Below are positions 25,015 to 30,617 of a stretch of DNA of 30,617 nucleotides, piece after piece. The stretch comes from a virus (Duplodnaviria; Caudoviricetes). The position numbers were made by a program, and so were the translations under genes. The notes beneath the pieces were generated by a model. It made no database searches and had not been told where the DNA came from. It saw only the letters and a program-made list of their open reading frames with translations. The DNA is taken from the IMG/VR virus record IMGVR_UViG_3300022177_000086, positions 1-30,617 of that record, one strand, 5' to 3'. Position 1 is the first letter of the stretch. Each line of letters opens with the position of its first letter.

Positions 25015-26759
25015 GATCGGGACTCCTCGGCGGCGGTGAGATATCCAAGGAGGTTGGCCGCGAAAACGGCCCGATGAAGGGCTTCCTGCATCCGCGCCGT
25101 ATGGAGCGTGTCGTAGCGCGCGTACACGGACTCGAGAAGCTCCTCGTAGGAGCCCGCCTCCTCGATTGCCGTGAAGATCGCCTCGAATAGCGGCGCCAAC
25201 GGCGATTCGCCCCGACTCACGCGGTCGGCCATGGCGTCCACGGATTCCTGCCCGGCGCCGCTTGCGCCCGCGGGAGAATCGGTTGCCGTCGAAGGAGGCG
25301 ATGAGCCGGGCGACTCCGTTGAGGACGACGGCGCGAGAGGTTCCGTGCCAAGTGTGCCGGAGTCCGGAGCGAGACGGAGTGCCGATGCGCGGATCGGCTG
25401 TCGTGCATCCGGCGGCGGGGCGGCTCGAAGCTTCGCGTCGCCCTTGGGTGCGCCCTCCCGAATGCCGGGACCCCGAGCACCGTTCATGCCCGCGTTCTTG
25501 AGCGGGGCTGCAAGAGGTTTTTCGCCGGGTTTTCGAACCGGGACCTTGAACCGCTGGCTGAGATGTTCCTGGCTCAGGTCGAAACCCATCTCGGCGAGAA
25601 TCCGGTAGGTTTCGGCGGCGGCCCGCAGGTCCTCGGGCGGCTCGAAGAGGAAACCGAAACGCGGTACGGGCGCATCCCATCCGTAATTGAAACCGACCAG
25701 CGGTCCGAGGATCTGCTGGGTGATTGTCTTGCCGAGCGCCCTGCAGTCGGCGGCGACGAGATCGTGGCGGACTTCCCCGTGTACCCGGCCCAGGGCGTAG
25801 GAGCCCGTTCCGCCCGGGCTTCCGGCTTCGCTGGTGAGCGTCTGGCCGAGAACGGCCTTGGACGTCTGCGCGTCACAGAACCGGGCCAGGCTTTCGTAGA
25901 CGTTCTGCGAGGACGATCGCTGCGTTTCGATGAATTCGATTTCCGTGGACTTGGAAATGACGCCCGCGGCGTCCGTTCCCAGGGATCTCACGGCCTGGAC
26001 GAGCGCTTCGCGGTCCGTCCTGCTCGCCCCCGGTTCGTAGCGGCCGATGCGCAAAGGCATCCCGTAGATCTCGGCGAAAGCCACCCAGTCTTTTATCGAG
26101 TAGTTCTTGAAAAGATACATCCAGGCGCACACCCGCATGAGGCCGCTGCGCGTGTCATGACCGGATCGAGCCTTGTAGCGGTGATAGACGAACTTGAAGG
26201 GCGGGGGGTCGATGCCGCGAACGGGTTCTTCGACGGTGAGGATCCGCGGCGAAACCGAGTCCCAGAAGGTCACCTTCTTGGGATGAACCCAGCGCAGGCC
26301 GCGGATGCGGCTTTGCCCCGCGGACGCCTCCCAAAGGATTTCCATCGTGCTGTACCCCTTGGCCAGAGCGTCGAGGAGATCCAGGACATGCTCCTCGAAG
26401 TCCGTAAACTCCTCGAGGAAGTCACGGCAGAAGGCGGCGGTTTCACGCGCCCGTGCGGTTTCCGTTCGAGGGGTCACCTCCCACGGAAGACCCTGGACCG
26501 CGAGTTTGCGCACCTGAAACTGTGAGGCCAGGTGGGCGTCCTTCTCCTCCATCTCCTCGAAAAGCTCGGCCTGGCGAAGCATGTCTCCATGGTCGGCCTC
26601 GCGGAATATCCGGGCGAGGCGTTCCGGGGTCAGACCGTTCGACGGATAATTGCTCCACCGGTCCCGCACTTGAACCACGGCGAGCTCATGGACGTCCGGG
26701 CGCCGAGTGGCGGACGTTTCAACCGGTCTTCCCAATGCATCGTAGATGACCACCGACAC
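25011..26759 (-). CDS. Portal protein, Mu gp29-like (DUF935)
   Basis: 582 aa. GLTPERLARI, LFEEMEEKDAH, DWVAFAEIYGMP.RIGRY and SKAVLGQTLTS motifs; follows terminase. Confidence 0.92.
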   Translation of the reverse strand: MSVVIYDALGRPVETSATRRPDVHELAVVQVRDRWSNYPSNGLTPERLARIFREADHGDMLRQAELFEEMEEKDAHLASQFQVRKLAVQGLPWEVTPRTETARARETAAFCRDFLEEFTDFEEHVLDLLDALAKGYSTMEILWEASAGQSRIRGLRWVHPKKVTFWDSVSPRILTVEEPVRGIDPPPFKFVYHRYKARSGHDTRSGLMRVCAWMYLFKNYSIKDWVAFAEIYGMPLRIGRYEPGASRTDREALVQAVRSLGTDAAGVISKSTEIEFIETQRSSSQNVYESLARFCDAQTSKAVLGQTLTSEAGSPGGTGSYALGRVHGEVRHDLVAADCRALGKTITQQILGPLVGFNYGWDAPVPRFGFLFEPPEDLRAAAETYRILAEMGFDLSQEHLSQRFKVPVRKPGEKPLAAPLKNAGMNGARGPGIREGAPKGDAKLRAAPPPDARQPIRASALRLAPDSGTLGTEPLAPSSSTESPGSSPPSTATDSPAGASGAGQESVDAMADRVSRGESPLAPLFEAIFTAIEEAGSYEELLESVYARYDTLHTARMQEALHRAVFAANLLGYLTAAEESRS

Positions 26760-26830
26760 GGAATGCTCCTTCGAAGGAAAGTTTGACCGTCCTCACACTT
26801 TCAAGTGACGGCATCGGAACGATCGCTTTT

Positions 26831-27290
26831 CGTAGCGTCGTGGCGTCGTAGCGTGAGGCCGCTTTGGCTTTTCCTTTTTTCACTCACGCGACGGCGCAAC
26901 GGCGCAACGAAAGACGGATGCAGTGATTTCAGAGTTCCAACCCGGCGGCGCCGCACGAACCGGGTGCGGTCATGGACTTTTATCCCCCTCATCTCACGGC
27001 AAAGCGATGATGTTGCACAACCGTAGCGTCGTGGCGTCGTGGCGTGAGGCCGCTTTGGTTTTTCTTTTTTTCACTCACGCGACGGCGCAACGACGCAACG
27101 AAAGACGGATGCAGTGATTTCAGAGTTCCAACCCGGCGGCGCCGCACGAACCGGGTGCGGTCATGGACTTTTATCCCCCTCATCTCACGGCAAAGCGATG
27201 ATGTTGCACAACCGTAGCGTCGTGGCGTCGTGGCGTGAGGCCGCTTTGGCTTTTCTTTTTTTCACTCACGCGACGGCGCAACGAAAGACG
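26831..27290 (-). repeat. Tandem array, 191-bp period, ~2.4 copies (3 palindromic elements + 2 identical linkers)
   Basis: Units start at 26831, 27022 and 27213. Same element family as the 16351 array but inverted and with an unrelated linker. Confidence 0.95.
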
Positions 27291-27329
27291 GTTGAAGTGA
27301 CTGCACGGATGTGAGCGGGCCGGGCCGTC

Positions 27330-28862
27330 TCACCAGGCGCCTCGCGACGCCGCGAACCGCGTTTCCGCGACACTTTCGTATTCGATCTCGCCGCCGTCGC
27401 CGCTGCGGGCGGCACTCCAGGCGAGGGCGCAGGCGACGGCGGCATCTCCGTGCCGCTGCCCGCCGTCCCGTCCCCGCGTGCGATATCGTTCGGGCACTTT
27501 CGCCACCCCGCGCTCCAGGCGGATTGCGCGCAGGTCGTCGAGAATGTCCGGATCTTTGGGGATCACGATGGATTTGTCCTCGAAAGCCGACCGGAAGGAC
27601 GGCATGTGCTCGAGGTACCACTTGTCGGAGAGCATCACTTGGCGGATGCGGCCCGCGCCGTAGCGCTGCATGGCGACTTCGGCCAGGTAGTGGCCGTTGC
27701 CGCGCGCGTCCAGCGCCGCGCCGCGGAAGCGGGGGAGCCGGTCGATGATGAAGAAAAGGATCTGTTCCTGCTGCCGGAACGGAACGTTTCTGATTTCGGC
27801 GATGAATGGCGTGCGGTACCTGAAGCCGGGCTGTTCCTGGAGCGGGACGATGGCGGTGAGGTCCCCCGTGCGGCCGAAATCTTCCCCGCACCAGGTGGCG
27901 AAATCTTCGGGGAGGTCTCGAAGCGCCGGGCCCAGCAACCCTTCGCACCAGTCCCTGGTGTCGGCTTGGCGCACGGATTCGGGGAGCTCCGCGAAATCAG
28001 TCCGGCATGCCCAGCGGAAAACCGGAACGGTTTCATCCATGCAACCCTCGATGACCGCCCGCGCCAGGAACATGCCGGAACCCCGGCTGGGCGCGCAGAA
28101 CAGCTCCTCTTCGGCGTCTTCTCCATAGACCCTCACCAGGTCCTCGCGCCACTCGGATTCGGCTTCGGACGACCAGGGCGTTCCGAGCTTGAGGCAGATT
28201 CTGCGGTGGAGCCCTTCGGCGAGGGCGTCGTCGAGGGTGATGCGGTGGAGGCTGTAAGGCTTGCGGCCGGACCGAATGTCCTTGACCAGTTCGTTGAAGG
28301 GATTGTCCTCGCCGTTATGGGTGCTGATGACCGCCACTCGGCCTCCCCACATGAGCAAAGCGATGGCGGCTTTGAGCAGCCCGGGGAGGTCGTCGTGGAA
28401 GGCGGCTTCGTCGATCACCACTTTGCCCTGTTTGCCGCGCAGGTTGCTGGGCCGGCTCGACAGCGCCGTTACGCGGCGGCTCGAAGCGAACTTGATGCGA
28501 AAGGCGAGGATGTCCCGGTCTTCATCCCTGACGAGATCTTCCTCGAGGGCCGAGGCGGCCAGCCGGTACTGTCTTACCCAGAAGGCGGTGTCATGGATGA
28601 ATTCGAGGGCCATGTCCTTGTTGTAGCCGATGTACCACACGTCCATGCCGTTTCGGGATGCGGCGGTGAGTGCGTCGTCGGCGGCTTCCGACCAGGAAAG
28701 CCCGATGCGTCGTGATTTTTCGCAGATTTTCACCGGGCTTCGGTCCGAGATCCAGCGTTGCTGATAGGGAAGCAGGACCGGAGGTGGGCCGTCGAAAGCA
28801 AAGCGGGACGGCGAGGCGGCGCGGACGGCAAGGGATGCGCGGGAAGCGCGTTCGTTGCTCAT
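27330..28862 (-). CDS. Terminase large subunit, Mu gp28-like
   Basis: LLPYQQRW, Walker A EKSRRIGLSW, Walker B IDEAAFH, ISTHNG, and nuclease motifs GEDFGR and HGDAAVA. Start set at ATG 28862 after an AGGAAGGA RBS. Confidence 0.92.
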   Translation of the reverse strand: MSNERASRASLAVRAASPSRFAFDGPPPVLLPYQQRWISDRSPVKICEKSRRIGLSWSEAADDALTAASRNGMDVWYIGYNKDMALEFIHDTAFWVRQYRLAASALEEDLVRDEDRDILAFRIKFASSRRVTALSSRPSNLRGKQGKVVIDEAAFHDDLPGLLKAAIALLMWGGRVAVISTHNGEDNPFNELVKDIRSGRKPYSLHRITLDDALAEGLHRRICLKLGTPWSSEAESEWREDLVRVYGEDAEEELFCAPSRGSGMFLARAVIEGCMDETVPVFRWACRTDFAELPESVRQADTRDWCEGLLGPALRDLPEDFATWCGEDFGRTGDLTAIVPLQEQPGFRYRTPFIAEIRNVPFRQQEQILFFIIDRLPRFRGAALDARGNGHYLAEVAMQRYGAGRIRQVMLSDKWYLEHMPSFRSAFEDKSIVIPKDPDILDDLRAIRLERGVAKVPERYRTRGRDGGQRHGDAAVACALAWSAARSGDGGEIEYESVAETRFAASRGAW

Positions 28863-28866
28863 GGGG

Positions 28867-29463
28867 CTATCCTTCCTCCCGCAGGCCAAGGATCTTGCGC
28901 CGGATTTGGTCCGCCGTGTCCGAGGACAGGCCGGATGATTCGGAGGCAGGGGTTTCCGCGGGCTGGACCGTTTTCATGGATTCCAGGAGGCGGATGGCGG
29001 CGATGAGCTCCTTTACGGCCTTGAGTGAAACCGCGTCGGGTTGGCCGAGCAGGATGTTGAGCTTCCTCTCGACGGCCTCGCGCAATGCCTCGGCGGCTTG
29101 CGCGGGGGTTTCGATGTCCCGTTTTCCCTCGTCGGGGGTGCAGGCGAACGACGGGGCGTCTCCGGCGCGTTCCCGGGCGGCTGTCGTTTCCATGCGGGCC
29201 ACGGCGTTCACGAGGTGCGGGTCGAGGCTTTCGAGTGCTTTTTCCACAAGCCGTTGCCGCAACCGCGTGGTGTTGCGCCTTATTTCAGCCAGAGAATGCC
29301 GATACTCTCGACGGAGTTCCGCCCACTTGGACACGGACGACCACTTTGTCACGACGCTGGCGGAGATCCCCAACAAGGCCGCAATCTGGGGTATGCACAT
29401 GCCCTCGGTGACGTAAAATGTTTCCGCGCGGTCCCTGACTTCCCAAGAGTGCACTCGCGTCAT
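28867..29463 (-). CDS. Putative small terminase / DUF1804-like HTH protein
   Basis: 198 aa. N-terminal HTH (IPQIAALLGISASVVTKW) and C-terminal GLSSDTADQIRRKILG; immediately upstream of terminase. Confidence 0.7.
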   Translation of the reverse strand: MTRVHSWEVRDRAETFYVTEGMCIPQIAALLGISASVVTKWSSVSKWAELRREYRHSLAEIRRNTTRLRQRLVEKALESLDPHLVNAVARMETTAARERAGDAPSFACTPDEGKRDIETPAQAAEALREAVERKLNILLGQPDAVSLKAVKELIAAIRLLESMKTVQPAETPASESSGLSSDTADQIRRKILGLREEG

Positions 29464-29529
29464 AACTGCCTCGACGGTTGCGGTGCGTTCATTCCCGTAT
29501 TGGAGGCGATCCGATCCCCGACGGTCAAC

Positions 29530-29772
29530 CTATCGGCCCAGAGTCTTCCTGATCAGCGCCATTTCGGCGATCGCCTCGCGGCACTGGAGCTGCAAGTCGG
29601 CGAATTCAACGGCAAGGGCGGCGAGCTTTTCGCCGTCCAGGTCTTCCACCGTTTCGAACGGGTCCAGGACGTCACGCAGGGAGTCCCTGAGCCCCCTGAG
29701 CCGAAGCCTGAGCCGTTCGGCCTCGAGACGTCTTTCCTCGAGTCTTCCCAAGAACTTCAGCCGTTCGTTCAT
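29530..29772 (-). CDS. Hypothetical coiled-coil phage protein (80 aa)
   Basis: ATG 29772 overlaps the upstream stop (ATGA) and has a GGAG RBS. C-terminal part of the 267-aa track ORF. Confidence 0.7.
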   Translation of the reverse strand: MNERLKFLGRLEERRLEAERLRLRLRGLRDSLRDVLDPFETVEDLDGEKLAALAVEFADLQLQCREAIAEMALIRKTLGR

Positions 29773-30131
29773 GGCTCCACTCCTGTGGCGTATTTTTTCA
29801 GTCTCACCATGGGGCAGAACTGATTCCGGTTGATGTCGTCCGTCACCCGCTGCCACGCCTGGGTGTTGATCGTGACGACGTCCTTGAGATTGCCCGCCAG
29901 GGACAAATAGTCCCTGACGAGGTCCGCATTGTTCTCGTACATGCGCCGGATCTCCTGCATCCCTTCCTCGTACATGCGCCGCTGCTCGATCATGTCCTCC
30001 CGGTACTGCTTCAGGGTGCGCTCGTGGGACTTCTCGCTGAAGGCCCAAATGATCAGGACGATCCCCGGTATGCCGAAGTTCGAGACGAGCTTGATCACCG
30101 CGTCCATCGCGATCCCGTCCATGCCTGTCAT
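29769..30131 (-). CDS. Hypothetical membrane-anchored coiled-coil phage protein
   Basis: One TM segment (FGIPGIVLIIWAF) followed by a coiled coil. Start uncertain (30155, 30131 or 30122). Confidence 0.65.
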   Translation of the reverse strand: MTGMDGIAMDAVIKLVSNFGIPGIVLIIWAFSEKSHERTLKQYREDMIEQRRMYEEGMQEIRRMYENNADLVRDYLSLAGNLKDVVTINTQAWQRVTDDINRNQFCPMVRLKKYATGVEP

Positions 30132-30215
30132 GTCGTTCGCCTTTCTGCGCCGCATCCGGGCCGCATCGCGGCTCCGCCGTGCCGAGCCGCCCTTTCCCGC
30201 GGTCCACCGGGATTT

Positions 30216-30617
30216 CTATTTCTTCCATGTCGCGATACCCTTCTCCACGGTTCTGCCGAGGATGTATCCTCCCATGCCGAGCTTGAGCAGTTCCCACATA
30301 TCCTGGGGCAGATCGAGGCGCGGCAGGGAGCACAGGGGCGAAATGATATGGTTGTGGGCGATGATGTACGTGAAGGTGAGCATGAGCAGCGGGCGCCAGT
30401 TGCGCTGAAGCCAGCTCGCCCCCGCGACTTCGGCGGCGACTACGGCGGCCCGGGCCTCGATTTCCTTTTCGACGAAGGAGAAATCCTTCTCCAGCATTCG
30501 CATTTCCAGGTCGTACTTGAGTTTGGCCGCCTGGTCCTTGTCCTCTACCACCTGGTCGATAACCCCGAACAACTGCCCGAAGAGCTTGCCGACGATCGGC
30601 ACCGCGCTGAGAAACAT
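30216..30617 (-). CDS. Holin (3TM, gene-transfer-release type)
   Basis: SWLQRNWRPLLML and WELLKLGMGGYILGRTVEK motifs. ATG is at the very edge of the window, so the start cannot be confirmed. Confidence 0.8.
   Translation of the reverse strand: MFLSAVPIVGKLFGQLFGVIDQVVEDKDQAAKLKYDLEMRMLEKDFSFVEKEIEARAAVVAAEVAGASWLQRNWRPLLMLTFTYIIAHNHIISPLCSLPRLDLPQDMWELLKLGMGGYILGRTVEKGIATWKK

Larger units (their letters stand above)
4350..30617 (-). mobile_element. Mu-like (transposable) prophage, late/morphogenesis region; continues beyond the right edge; left boundary approximate
   Basis: Contiguous Mu gp27/28/29/30/31/32/34/35/36/37-like head genes in canonical order, followed by tail genes. Visibly more GC-rich than the flanking R-M locus. 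Confidence 0.85.

Noticed and set aside
25015-25680. 222-aa N-terminal extension of MuF in the ORF track
   Set aside because: It overlaps the portal gene out of frame and is Arg-rich nonsense. The real start is the ATGA-coupled ATG at 25014.

Overview
Most of the window (about 4.35 kb to the right edge, minus strand) is the late region of a Mu-like (transposable) prophage: holin, terminase, DUF935 portal, MuF, gpG, I protease, gpT capsid and gp35-37. A lambda-like non-contractile tail follows (tube, G/GT chaperones with a -1 slippery site, tape measure, M/L/K/J-like tip). The left 4.2 kb is a type III restriction-modification pair (mod-res). The most striking element is a small plus-strand cassette among the last tail genes. 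It encodes a stand-alone 194-aa RAMP/Cas7-like protein (4928-5512), immediately followed by a non-coding array of GGC-NN pentamers. The array has two 9-unit blocks split by a 4-nt GGCA and is closed by a 14-bp hairpin. This suggests a compact phage-encoded RNA-guided system in which the variable dinucleotides spell a gapped target; as I recall, this matches the recently reported VIPR-type systems, which I have not verified here. Also notable are a MuF head protein with a C-terminal HExxH/ExxxD metallopeptidase domain and several REP/MITE-like palindromic elements, including 173-bp and 191-bp tandem arrays, in intergenic gaps of the phage late operon. All product calls come from motifs and gene order read by eye; no database search was run.
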